Source of the DNA: Patescibacteria group bacterium
GTDB lineage: Bacteria; Patescibacteriota; Patescibacteriia; 2-02-FULL-49-11
Reading direction: 5' to 3'
NCBI GenBank assembly: GCA_041645165.1
Contig: JBAZQN010000008.1
Span: 2,374-66,373, forward strand
DNA: 64,000 nt
Shown here: positions 1 to 8,514 of the stretch, one piece after another
Numbering within the stretch: position 1 is the first letter of the stretch
How the letters are laid out: every line of letters begins with the position of its first letter
The notes under the pieces: model-generated
Database searches by the model: none
Seen by the model: the letters and a program-made list of their open reading frames with translations, nothing else
Told to the model about the DNA's origin: nothing
Program-made: the position numbers and the translations under genes

Positions 1-2
1 TC

Positions 3-896
3 TGGACGCTAAAATGGAAGGCGATAAAAGATGTGCGAAAAGGAGATTATCTGACCATTCCCATACCGCAAGGGACTATGAAACGCACCTCAATCACTTT
101 TCCTATAAAAATGAAAGGTGCCAGAAAAGGAACAATCAAAACGTTGAACAAAACGGTTGCACTCACGCCTGAATTTGTCAGGCTCATCGGATACTATTTG
201 GCAGAAGGCTCGGTTGACCGCGGTTTTTACACAAGTTTTTCGTTTAGCATATATGAAACAAACCTTGTACACGACGTCGAATATTGCCTCAAAGAAGTAT
301 TCGGCATTCGTAAAACATACAAGCCGGTTCATAAAACAAACCATGGCATATCAGTAGTTGTTTCGAGCGCAGAAGTGTCGCGCATATTTGCATATTTCGG
401 CAAGGGCGCACAGAATAAGAAACTTCCTTCATGGGCAATCATTCTGCCCCATCGTCTCCAACAGCAGTTGATTACCGCGTATTTCCGCGGAGACGGCAAT
501 TATTATAATAGAAAAAATAAGCATGGACAGAAGGAAATCTGTCGATTCAGCACTATTTCGGAAACGTTGGCATATCAGGTTCGCGATATTTTGCTGCGTC
601 TTGGCATTGTTGCTACAATAAACGCTCGAAAGCGCGCGCATGAGCAAGGGCGGCATACTATGTATACCGTCGGCATAGGAGGTGCATATCTGAAACAGTT
701 TGGGGAAATAGTGGGCTTGCCGCTCAGCTGCTTCATGTACGGTAAAAATCGCGCCAGTCTCTTCGGCAACAATGAGCTCTATGCATTCGTCCCCGTAAAA
801 AATATTAAGAGGAGAATCGTTAGGAAATTTCCTGTTTTTAATTTTAGCGTAAAAAATTTCGAGAGCTATGCTGCAAGCGGCATTGTAGTACATAAT
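3..896 (+). mobile_element. Intein with LAGLIDADG homing endonuclease (C-terminal part)
   Basis: Motifs LIGYYLAEGS and LITAYFRGDG, block F VFNFSVKNFESYAASG, and terminal HN (CATAAT 891-896) followed by Cys+1 (TGC 897-899). Confidence 0.95.
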
Positions 897-1604
897 TGCA
901 CCGCGCCAATTTATACCGCCGACTCCCTTCACGCCGCAGTCGTAGAAATCATCGTCAAGCCTCACGCGCGCGTGCGCTACACCACGATACAAAATTGGAG
1001 TAATAATGTGTATAACCTGGTTACCAAGCGGATGCGTGTTGAAGAAAATGCCGTGGGTGAATGGCTCGACTGCAATTTAGGATCAAAGGTTACTATGAAA
1101 TACCCCAGCTGCTTCCTTGTAGGGCCGCATGCCCACGGGGAAATACTCTCGCTCGCAGTCGCGGGAGAGGCGCAGCATCAGGATGCGGGGGGAAAAATGA
1201 TCCATTGTGCGCCTGACACCACCAGCACGATCATATCAAAATCAGTGAGCCAATCTGGCGGCAGAACTTCGTACCGGGGACTGGTGAGGATTAAAAAGGG
1301 CGCATTGCGCGCACGGTCGAAGGTGGTTTGCGACGCGCTAATTGTTGATGAGCGTTCCAGGTCCGATACGTACCCTAATATGGTTATTGATGAACGCGAG
1401 GTAACCGTCGAGCACGAGGCAAGCGTGTCTAAAATAGGTGAAGAGCAATTGTTTTACCTTCAATCGCGCGGTCTTGACAAGACGGCCGCGGAAGCCATGA
1501 TTGTCAACGGCTTTATTGAACCTGTGGTAAAAGAGCTCCCCATGGAGTACGCCGTTGAGATGAATCGCCTTATTGCGCAGCAAATGGACGGGTCTGTAGG
1601 ATAA
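3..1604 (+). CDS. sufB: Fe-S cluster assembly protein SufB, 5'-truncated by the window, containing an intein
   Basis: After VVHN the frame reads CTAPIYTADSLHAAVVEI...YTTIQNWSNNVYNLVTKR...KELPMEYAVEMNRLI, the SufB C-terminal half. The frame is open from base 3. Confidence 0.96.
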   Translation, partial: WTLKWKAIKDVRKGDYLTIPIPQGTMKRTSITFPIKMKGARKGTIKTLNKTVALTPEFVRLIGYYLAEGSVDRGFYTSFSFSIYETNLVHDVEYCLKEVFGIRKTYKPVHKTNHGISVVVSSAEVSRIFAYFGKGAQNKKLPSWAIILPHRLQQQLITAYFRGDGNYYNRKNKHGQKEICRFSTISETLAYQVRDILLRLGIVATINARKRAHEQGRHTMYTVGIGGAYLKQFGEIVGLPLSCFMYGKNRASLFGNNELYAFVPVKNIKRRIVRKFPVFNFSVKNFESYAASGIVVHNCTAPIYTADSLHAAVVEIIVKPHARVRYTTIQNWSNNVYNLVTKRMRVEENAVGEWLDCNLGSKVTMKYPSCFLVGPHAHGEILSLAVAGEAQHQDAGGKMIHCAPDTTSTIISKSVSQSGGRTSYRGLVRIKKGALRARSKVVCDALIVDERSRSDTYPNMVIDEREVTVEHEASVSKIGEEQLFYLQSRGLDKTAAEAMIVNGFIEPVVKELPMEYAVEMNRLIAQQMDGSVG

Positions 1605-1625
1605 TCCAGTGAGCAGAGAATTATC

Positions 1626-1760
1626 CCTATGACCTAGGTGACATAAGGGCGTTTAAAAAAATAACATTTCACTTGTCCCATAGGTTTGTCCTTATTTTGT
1701 TGACGTACGGCGTAGATGGCGGGATATGTTATTTTTTTACGGCACCTAAGCGCATATAGG
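1626..1760. repeat. Nested intergenic hairpin between sufB and sufD
   Basis: Perfect 14-bp inverted repeat TAAAAAAATAACAT (1654-1667) / ATGTTATTTTTTTA (1726-1739), enclosed by TAGGTG/CACCTA and CCTAT/ATAGG. Confidence 0.65.
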
Positions 1761-1822
1761 CATATTATCTTCGGGAATGCTATGGCTAAATGGCTACACT
1801 GTTATATTGTTACTGTGATTGT

Positions 1823-2449
1823 ATGAACCAGGCATTAACATATATTCATCTTACAGAAATTCAAGATGAGCTCACTATTACTGTGCCAGCATATAACAGG
1901 GCATATATTCTTATTTATGGCTTTTGCGATGGTATAAAAAAATTAAGAGTAAATGTGGCGCATGAGGGGGCATACGCATGCATCCTAGGCATGATAATTG
2001 GGCTACGCGGCACTTGCGGCATTTCCACTTTCCAGAATCATAGCGCACCGCATACCACCAGCGATCTTTTGGTAAAAACCATATTATTGGATAATGCCGC
2101 GTTTAATTATGAAGGGACAATACGCATTGAAAAAGCTGCACAAGGGTCGAATGCGTATCAAAGAAATGAAAATATAATGATCAGCCCTTCCGCGCGCGTA
2201 ACTACGCGGCCGTATTTGGAAATTTTGGCTAATGACGTGCGTTGCACCCATGGCGCGACGGTCGGCACTTTTGGAGAGGAAGAATATTTTTATCTGGGAT
2301 CAAGGGGTATTGCGCAGAGGCAAGCCACTTTACTTCTGGCGCAAGGATTTCTGCAAAGTATCATACAGAAGATACCCGAAGAGCTTATTACTGATCGCAT
2401 GAAAACGATAATTAAAGAGCAATTAGCCGTCTTTCAGTATGCCCCGTAA
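1823..2449 (+). CDS. sufD: Short SufD-family protein
   Basis: QNHSAPHTTSDLL, RPYLEILANDVRCTHGATVG, FYLGSRGI; lies between sufB and sufS. ATG 1823 preferred as start. Confidence 0.88.
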   Translation: MNQALTYIHLTEIQDELTITVPAYNRAYILIYGFCDGIKKLRVNVAHEGAYACILGMIIGLRGTCGISTFQNHSAPHTTSDLLVKTILLDNAAFNYEGTIRIEKAAQGSNAYQRNENIMISPSARVTTRPYLEILANDVRCTHGATVGTFGEEEYFYLGSRGIAQRQATLLLAQGFLQSIIQKIPEELITDRMKTIIKEQLAVFQYAP

Positions 2450-2664
2450 TACAACATCCAAGAGGGAAGCAAGACCTAAATTTATTGAGAGGTGATTATG
2501 GGGGTGTATAAAGATGTCATGTAAGAATGGTTTAAAGCAGGCTTCCCTAACCGATCGCCACACCCACGATAAACCTTGATATGCATTATTCTATGCCAGT
2601 CGCATTCATTTACCATAATCATCTAACGTCCTCCGTGTGTGGCGTTGGATGTTGATATACGGGG
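2442..2664 (+). mobile_element. Start-codon-inserted structured element, copy 1 (223 bp)
   Basis: TATG at 2438-2441 and 2665-2668, the latter containing the sufS ATG; 20-bp imperfect terminal inverted repeats; homologous to 19591-19815. Confidence 0.8.
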
Positions 2665-2665
2665 T

Positions 2666-3934
2666 ATGAATAATATACTGAGTGATTTTCCGATATTAAA
2701 ACGCACCGTCCATGGGAAACGGCTCGTGTATCTGGATAATGCCGCGAGCACCCAAAAACCTCACGCCGTTATTGATGCGCTTAGCTTTTTTTACGAACAT
2801 ACAAACGCGAACATCCATCGCGGTATCCACACCTTGGCGGAGGAAGCGACCAGGCAATATGAAAAAACAAGGGATGAGGTGGCGCAGTTTTTTGGCGCTT
2901 CCAGCCGCGATGAAATTATTTTTACCAGAAATACCACGGAAGCGCTCAATCTAATAGCGTTTGCGTATGGGCGCACATTCTTGAAGTCGGGTGACGAGAT
3001 AATTGTGTCTATTGCGGAGCATCATGCCAATTTTGTCCCATGGCAGCAATTAGCGCACGAAACTGGCGCAGTCGTGAAAGTGATTGATATTGATAAGGAA
3101 GGGAGGTTATGCATCCATAGCACGAAGAACAAGGAACAAGGAACAAGGAACAAGAGAGAAGTCGAAATCGGTTGTTTAGAATCGTTAATAACAAATCGTA
3201 CGCGCCTTATCGCGCTTTCGCACGCGTCGAACGTTCTGGGGACGCTCCATGATATTGCGGCCGTGGTGGCGCTTGCAAGGCCTCGCGGCATTATCGTTGC
3301 CGTGGATGGCGCGCAAGCAGCGCCTCATATGGAAATAAACGTTAAAAAGCTGGGTGTGGATTTTTATGCCTGCTCTTCGCATAAAATGCTCGGGCCCTTA
3401 GGTGTCGGCGTATTATATGGGCGGAGGGAAATATTGAAGAAATGCCCGCCGTTCCTTACTGGCGGTAATATGATTAAACGAGTAACTCTTGAAAAAACCG
3501 AATGGAATGATCTGCCGTGGAAATTTGAGGCGGGAACCCCGGATATCGCGGGTGTAGTCGCTTTTGGGGCCGCATTGGAATATATCCGCAAGGTGGGATG
3601 GGGGGTCATTGTCCAACATGAGCAGGAATTAGGCGCATACGCGCTCGCACAACTCACACGGCTGCCCGGTCTTACGCTTTATGGCCCGCATTCAATGGAA
3701 CAGCGGTTTGCAGTATTCTCTTTCAATCTTAAGGATATACATGCGCATGACCTAGCCACCATCCTCGACGAGGAAGGCATAGCGATACGTTCAGGGTCAC
3801 ATTGCGCGCATCCCTTGATGGAACGCTTGGGTACTGGTGCGGTGGCACGGGCTAGTTTTTATATTTATAATACTAAAGAAGACGTTGATGCCCTCATCCT
3901 AGGTCTTAAGAAGGCTCAGCAGTTGTTGGGTTGA
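2666..3934 (+). CDS. sufS: Cysteine desulfurase SufS
   Basis: YLDNAASTQKP, ANIHRG, DGAQ, SSHKMLGP (PLP Lys), IRSGSHCAHP (catalytic Cys). Confidence 0.97.
   Translation: MNNILSDFPILKRTVHGKRLVYLDNAASTQKPHAVIDALSFFYEHTNANIHRGIHTLAEEATRQYEKTRDEVAQFFGASSRDEIIFTRNTTEALNLIAFAYGRTFLKSGDEIIVSIAEHHANFVPWQQLAHETGAVVKVIDIDKEGRLCIHSTKNKEQGTRNKREVEIGCLESLITNRTRLIALSHASNVLGTLHDIAAVVALARPRGIIVAVDGAQAAPHMEINVKKLGVDFYACSSHKMLGPLGVGVLYGRREILKKCPPFLTGGNMIKRVTLEKTEWNDLPWKFEAGTPDIAGVVAFGAALEYIRKVGWGVIVQHEQELGAYALAQLTRLPGLTLYGPHSMEQRFAVFSFNLKDIHAHDLATILDEEGIAIRSGSHCAHPLMERLGTGAVARASFYIYNTKEDVDALILGLKKAQQLLG
3127..3154 (+). repeat. (GAACAAG)x4 tandem heptamer inside sufS
   Basis: Four perfect copies read directly; they encode part of KNKEQGTRNKR. 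Confidence 0.9.
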
Positions 3935-3980
3935 TCATTATTCGTAATTAAATTAATATTTATCAACTTGGACAATAAAT

Positions 3981-4760
3981 ATGACAGAAACTAGCAAATT
4001 TGAAAAACTTGGAAAATTAAGCCATAGCGACAGGCAAACGGCTCATTTTGATGGAGAGAAAGTTCAACATTATGAAGAAGTGTACGATTACCGCTCTAAA
4101 ACCTTTAAATGGATGATTGAAATCATTCTACCTTTGTTAAAAAATACTAAATCCATCCTTGATATAGGTACTGGCACTGGTGATTTGGTGAGAGCTATTA
4201 AGACAGAAGGTACTGTTACCGGTTTAGATATTTCTAATGATATGCTAAAAGTAGCAAAAGAAAAAAATCAAGATGGATGTTTTGTGCAAGGAGATGCTTA
4301 TAAATTACCTTTTAATGATAAAACATATGATGCGGTAACCTATAAATATGCCTTGCACCACCTTGATCAGCCCATCAAGGCTCTTACCGAGGCGTTTAGA
4401 GTATTAAAAGATAATGGCTGCATTATTATTGCTGATGTAGCGTCATTTAAAGAGGAAGTCAATCATTTAATTTTTAACAAATTAAATAGCCTTAGAGAAC
4501 CAGCAAATTATGAATATCGAACCATTAAAACTATTGAACAATTATTAAAAGTAGTTAGCTTTAATAATGTAACGGTTGTGCAAAAAGATTTTGATTTAGT
4601 ATTGGAAGATTGGCTTAATAATTTTTATAATCCTCAAGATACTATCAATCTGGTTTTGAATTCATCAGATTCCTTTAAAAATTCAATAAAATTGAAAGAA
4701 TTAAAAGATGGGAAGCATCAAATTACATTATCCTCTTTTATTATTAATGCAGTAAAATAA
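3981..4760 (+). CDS. Class I SAM-dependent methyltransferase
   Basis: ILDIGTGTG, GLDISNDML, GDAYKLPF, ALHH; visibly AT-richer than its neighbours. Confidence 0.9.
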   Translation: MTETSKFEKLGKLSHSDRQTAHFDGEKVQHYEEVYDYRSKTFKWMIEIILPLLKNTKSILDIGTGTGDLVRAIKTEGTVTGLDISNDMLKVAKEKNQDGCFVQGDAYKLPFNDKTYDAVTYKYALHHLDQPIKALTEAFRVLKDNGCIIIADVASFKEEVNHLIFNKLNSLREPANYEYRTIKTIEQLLKVVSFNNVTVVQKDFDLVLEDWLNNFYNPQDTINLVLNSSDSFKNSIKLKELKDGKHQITLSSFIINAVK

Positions 4761-4820
4761 ATAATTATATTTTGTATATTTGGATGTTTGTAGTCTATTA
4801 GAAATTACTCAACTTTTAGT

Positions 4821-5429
4821 ATGGCCTCATTATATCGTGAAGAAATTCTGGACCATTATAAGCATCCTCGCAATTTTGGCGTGCTTGATAATCCAACCGT
4901 GACAGTTGATGAAGACAATAGTACCTGCGGTGATCAAATGAAGATCGCGCTAAAGGTACATAATGGAGTGTTGGCTGGAATCCTCTGGTCAGGCAGCGGC
5001 TGTGCGCTTTCTATGGCGGGGGCTTCAATGCTCTCAGAGTATATTAAGGGTAAAAAAATGTATGATATTGAATCAATCACTGAATCTGATATACTGCAAA
5101 TGATGGGCGGAACCATTACGCAAGGGAGGATTAATTGCGCGCTTCTGTGTTTGAGGACACTTCAGAAAGGATTAAAGGTATTGCGCATAAAGCAATCGCA
5201 AAAATCTTCGCCTGTGGTGGTCAATAAAGAAATGAATATTAGCGAACTTGTTGCGCGATGGCCCGAGACTCGCATGGTCCTTTCTGAGTATAATTTGCAT
5301 TGCGTTGGATGCCATGCCTCATCTTTCGACACTCTCGAGGCAGGCGCGAAAGTGCATGGGATGAGTGAGGATGAAATTAATCAAATGATGGATGATCTTA
5401 ATCTAATTATTTCCGATAAAAAACAATAA
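4821..5429 (+). CDS. sufU: SufU/IscU scaffold fused to a DUF1858-type domain
   Basis: LYREEILDHYKHPRNFG, NSTCGD, GCALS, RINCAL; C-terminal LHCVGCHASSFDTLEAGAKVHG. Confidence 0.88.
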   Translation: MASLYREEILDHYKHPRNFGVLDNPTVTVDEDNSTCGDQMKIALKVHNGVLAGILWSGSGCALSMAGASMLSEYIKGKKMYDIESITESDILQMMGGTITQGRINCALLCLRTLQKGLKVLRIKQSQKSSPVVVNKEMNISELVARWPETRMVLSEYNLHCVGCHASSFDTLEAGAKVHGMSEDEINQMMDDLNLIISDKKQ

Positions 5430-5430
5430 T

Positions 5431-5652
5431 ATGTCTCCTATAGGAAAAATTGTGGTGGAGCGCGAACTCTGCATCGGTGCGGCGTCATGCGTCGCCATCG
5501 CGCCAGGGGTATTTGAGCTCGATAAGGATAATATCGCCATCATCAAAGATGCGAAGGGCGGCGATGATACGACTATAATGGCGGCGGCAGAATCCTGTCC
5601 CACAAAGGCAATATTCATTTACGATATTGATGGGAAACAGGTATATCCGTAA
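5431..5652 (+). CDS. Single-cluster ferredoxin, probably 3Fe-4S
   Basis: CIGAASC...AAESCPTKAI; the second Cys of CxxCxxC is replaced by Ala. Confidence 0.9.
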   Translation: MSPIGKIVVERELCIGAASCVAIAPGVFELDKDNIAIIKDAKGGDDTTIMAAAESCPTKAIFIYDIDGKQVYP

Positions 5653-5670
5653 TAAGGTAAATGTAACAAT

Positions 5671-5693
5671 AAAACCCCCTCACGGGGGTTTTT
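5671..5693. terminator. Bidirectional intrinsic terminator
   Basis: AAAACCCCC-TCAC-GGGGGTTTTT between the convergent suf and pil operons. Confidence 0.85.
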
Positions 5694-5707
5694 ACGTATA
5701 TGGTATT

Positions 5708-5989
5708 TTATAATGGCATAAACGGGTCACGGAGTTCTGATTCATTTACTTTGTCGTGGACGGTCAATTTGAGGAGACGCTCTTTGATAAGCGTATCCCA
5801 TAATTTCATATTGAGTCGTTCCCGGGCAACGGTCCTTTCGAGTTGCTCCACAGTTTCAACTTGAGCGATAGTAAGATAAAAATTTTTATACAAAAATATC
5901 AATGTAACAACTACAATAATCACCACTATACTAAGATAAGTTATGGGTGCAATGCGCAATATAAGTAAGGAGGGTTTATGGAGGGGCAT
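5708..5989 (-). CDS. Small single-TM protein at the end of the pil operon
   Basis: One hydrophobic helix and a C-terminal RDPF motif; occupies the PilP position. Confidence 0.7.
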   Translation of the reverse strand: MPLHKPSLLILRIAPITYLSIVVIIVVVTLIFLYKNFYLTIAQVETVEQLERTVARERLNMKLWDTLIKERLLKLTVHDKVNESELRDPFMPL

Positions 5990-6001
5990 AACGATTTAAG
6001 G

Positions 6002-6646
6002 TTAAAGCGATGAAGGGCGCCAATAGGTGGCAGCAGTAAGGGAAATTTTTAATAACGGTGCGGTGGGTAAAGAGTTGTCATCGGAAGGGAAATTAATATA
6101 TGAACTGCGGGATGCATTTGCGAGGTAGATAGTAAGAACATTCACATAAGGGTGCATTGCTTCTAATTCATGCAGATATGCAATAAATTGCGCATAGGTG
6201 CCTTCTATATCAAGTCTTAGCAATACTCTTCGTGAGAGAGGTTCAGGGTCTTCTATATCAAGTCTTAGCAATACTCTTCGTGAGAGAGGTTCAGGGGGAG
6301 ATTCTTCTGTAGAAACGTTTTGCGCGGTATCGAGATTTATTATTTGCTGCACGCCTACTTCAGTTGCCGCTGCTTCAAGCGCGGTAATAAATTCAAGCTC
6401 GTTACCTAAGGTAAGGAAAGAGGAGGCTACGAGAGGGATATCCTTTTTTACATTTTCGTATTCAGTCGAGCTTGTGCGAATATTTTGGCCGCGTTGATAA
6501 AGCATTTCCAACGCTTGCCGTTGAGTATGAATGCGTTCATTTAAATTTCGAATATCACGAATGGCAGGAACTATTACTAATATGCCAATAATCGCGGCCA
6601 TAAGCGCGCTTGTCACGATAATAATTATGGGGCGTAAATGGAGCAT
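6002..6646 (-). CDS. pilO: PilO-like type IV pilus protein
   Basis: N-terminal TM, coiled coil, EGTYAQFIAYLHELE; follows pilN. Start set at ATG 6646. Confidence 0.78.
   Translation of the reverse strand: MLHLRPIIIIVTSALMAAIIGILVIVPAIRDIRNLNERIHTQRQALEMLYQRGQNIRTSSTEYENVKKDIPLVASSFLTLGNELEFITALEAAATEVGVQQIINLDTAQNVSTEESPPEPLSRRVLLRLDIEDPEPLSRRVLLRLDIEGTYAQFIAYLHELEAMHPYVNVLTIYLANASRSSYINFPSDDNSLPTAPLLKISLTAATYWRPSSL
6202..6296. repeat. 48-bp-period tandem duplication in pilO
   Basis: Identical 47-mers at 6202-6248 and 6250-6296; PEPLSRRVLLRLDIE occurs twice. Confidence 0.95.
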
Positions 6647-6647
6647 A

Positions 6648-6783
6648 CTCAGTATATCAACCCAGCAGGAGAGCAAAGCACCCTACTGGGCTTTGCACCC
6701 AACACTGATAAGTGGAATAAATGGTGGTAAGTTTCAATTTAATCATGGATGCGGAGCGACTGATAAGGAGCGGTATAACTGGG
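6648..6783 (-). mobile_element. Start-codon-inserted element, short copy 3 (136 bp)
   Basis: Minus strand reads TATG-CCCAGTTATAC...GTTGATATACTGAG-TATG, the last ATG being the pilO start; ends match copies 2 and 1. Confidence 0.68.
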
Positions 6784-6791
6784 CATATAAA

Positions 6792-7355
6792 TTACTCTAA
6801 AGAGGAATTCTGGAGGCGGTTTGTAAGGGATTCGGGATTAATTGTCACAGAAAATTTAAATTTAATATTTTCTTTAAGTAATAAATTTGAAAGCGGGAAT
6901 TGAATTTCCTTAATAAGGGAAGAAGCTTCGAGATTTGCTTTAAATTTAAGAAGGTCATCACGTGTTTTGCTCTTACCATCTATTTGGAGGATACGTTCGT
7001 TTCTTTGCAGATCCATAGTCACTATTTGGTTACCGCGAGGAACGAGTGAAGAAAAAGAAGCAAGCCAGTGAGACCACTCGGTATATTCTTGAGACATGTA
7101 TTCATTACTGTTTAGCTCGTCGTTTAACTCCCTAATCGCTTGCATGATTGGTTGGTTATTGCTGGCGATCACATTTGTCCTTTTCGCGGTTTCATTGAGA
7201 TCATTAGAGAGAATAGATTTGCTTATAGAAAGAAGCATGCCAATCACTGCCACTACGATGAGGGTAATGGCGGTAATATCTTTAAGCAGCAAAAAAACAT
7301 ATTCCTTGAATAATTGTTGCCGGTGCGGTTGGTCGAGAAGATTAAGGGTTATCAT
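6792..7355 (-). CDS. pilN: PilN-like protein
   Basis: MITLNLL start, one TM, LQIDGKSKTRDDLLKFKANLE; follows pilM. Confidence 0.8.
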   Translation of the reverse strand: MITLNLLDQPHRQQLFKEYVFLLLKDITAITLIVVAVIGMLLSISKSILSNDLNETAKRTNVIASNNQPIMQAIRELNDELNSNEYMSQEYTEWSHWLASFSSLVPRGNQIVTMDLQRNERILQIDGKSKTRDDLLKFKANLEASSLIKEIQFPLSNLLLKENIKFKFSVTINPESLTNRLQNSSLE

Positions 7356-7369
7356 AAATTAAAAGCGCA

Positions 7370-8509
7370 TTAAAATTTTTCTGCATTATTCCGCAAACCC
7401 AGGCCTATCGCGGTCGCGTACGAAAGTGCTTCATGTTTGGGAAAGCTTGAAGACTTGGAAGCAGCGTTAATATTCACAAGAGGGTTGCCTAATGCCACGG
7501 GTAGAGATAACTGTGTTCCTAAAAATGTTTCAGCCCCCGTTAATTTTGCTCCCCCGCCCGTGAGTAAAATTTTTTGCACCTTATTGCCACGGGGAAAGTG
7601 CGTCTCGTAAAAATGGAGCGCGCGTTCTATTTCTACCGCGCAATTGGTGAGCATGCCTTCGAGTACTCCCGCGACAACCCCTTTGCCTTTTTTCGCATCA
7701 AGCCCACAGATATGTTTAGCCCGTTCTGCTTCTTCAGAGGTGAGTTTTAATCGGTCCGCGATGCGTTGAGTTGCCTCAACCCCTGAAAGCGCAACGCTGG
7801 AAGTAAATTGAATCGCATTCCAGTCTACCATGATAAGGCTCGTGTGTGTCGCTCCGAGATCAACAATCAGTTGTGCTGCGGGAACGGGCGCGGTGGCAGG
7901 TACCGATTCTCTCGTATGGCGGTAAAAACGGAATAGTTTCTGTACGAACTTATTACTAGTCTTTAATTGATTATCACGAGTGAGCGGTGTTATCGCTCTT
8001 AATATGGCCTCGGCCTCAATTTCAAAGGCGATAGGTTTAAGTGAAAGTTCATTAAAAAGGGCAGTGTACGAATACACAATCACTTTAGGAACAGCTCCCA
8101 CGAGAACTAATTTATGATCTTTGAATTCTTTAACTACTTGCCAGTCAATAATAAGTTCATCAAGCGGCAGCGGGATGTGATTTGGCAATTCATTTTCTAC
8201 GCCGTTTGCGATATCAGCTTGCTCGTTTTCCAACTCAATAACTTTGATAAACGTTTTCGATTCAGGAAGGGAGGCCACGACATAGGGAGTGGTGAGGGTA
8301 GTGGATACTTTGTTGAGTATTTCGTGCAATGCACTACGCACTTGTTCTTGCTGTACAATTTCACCTTCCACTATAGCGCCTTGAGGAAAATCACATGATG
8401 CCCAGGAAGAAATTTCCCGTTCATTCCGAATATTATTTTTTATGCACACCAATTTCGCAGATAAGTCAGAAATATCAAGCCCAAATGATTGGAGTAGAGA
8501 GGTGAACAT
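7370..8509 (-). CDS. pilM: Type IV pilus assembly protein PilM
   Basis: FGLDISDLSAK, IVDLGATHT, ILLTGGGA, YATAIGLGLR. Start set at ATG 8509. Confidence 0.92.
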   Translation of the reverse strand: MFTSLLQSFGLDISDLSAKLVCIKNNIRNEREISSWASCDFPQGAIVEGEIVQQEQVRSALHEILNKVSTTLTTPYVVASLPESKTFIKVIELENEQADIANGVENELPNHIPLPLDELIIDWQVVKEFKDHKLVLVGAVPKVIVYSYTALFNELSLKPIAFEIEAEAILRAITPLTRDNQLKTSNKFVQKLFRFYRHTRESVPATAPVPAAQLIVDLGATHTSLIMVDWNAIQFTSSVALSGVEATQRIADRLKLTSEEAERAKHICGLDAKKGKGVVAGVLEGMLTNCAVEIERALHFYETHFPRGNKVQKILLTGGGAKLTGAETFLGTQLSLPVALGNPLVNINAASKSSSFPKHEALSYATAIGLGLRNNAEKF

Positions 8510-8514
8510 ATTTA

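Noticed and set aside
2639-2665. N-terminal extensions ALDVDIRG (sufS) and ALDIDILG (ATP-grasp) as a shared leader peptide
   Set aside because: The similarity comes from the right end of the inserted element; the substitutions are better explained by base pairing.
4779-4823. Fourth copy of the TATG element (TTGGATGTT...TATG before sufU)
   Set aside because: Only a 9-nt match; no left end, no GGG terminus and wrong spacing.
5980-5992. TATGCCC at Met-Pro gene starts (similar starts at 15590, 51272, 53656) as element ends
   Set aside because: They continue directly as coding sequence with no partner end.
6700-6775. Hammerhead ribozyme suggested by CTGATAAG twice
   Set aside because: The core needs CUGANGA plus GAAA in a matching stem context; this was not found.
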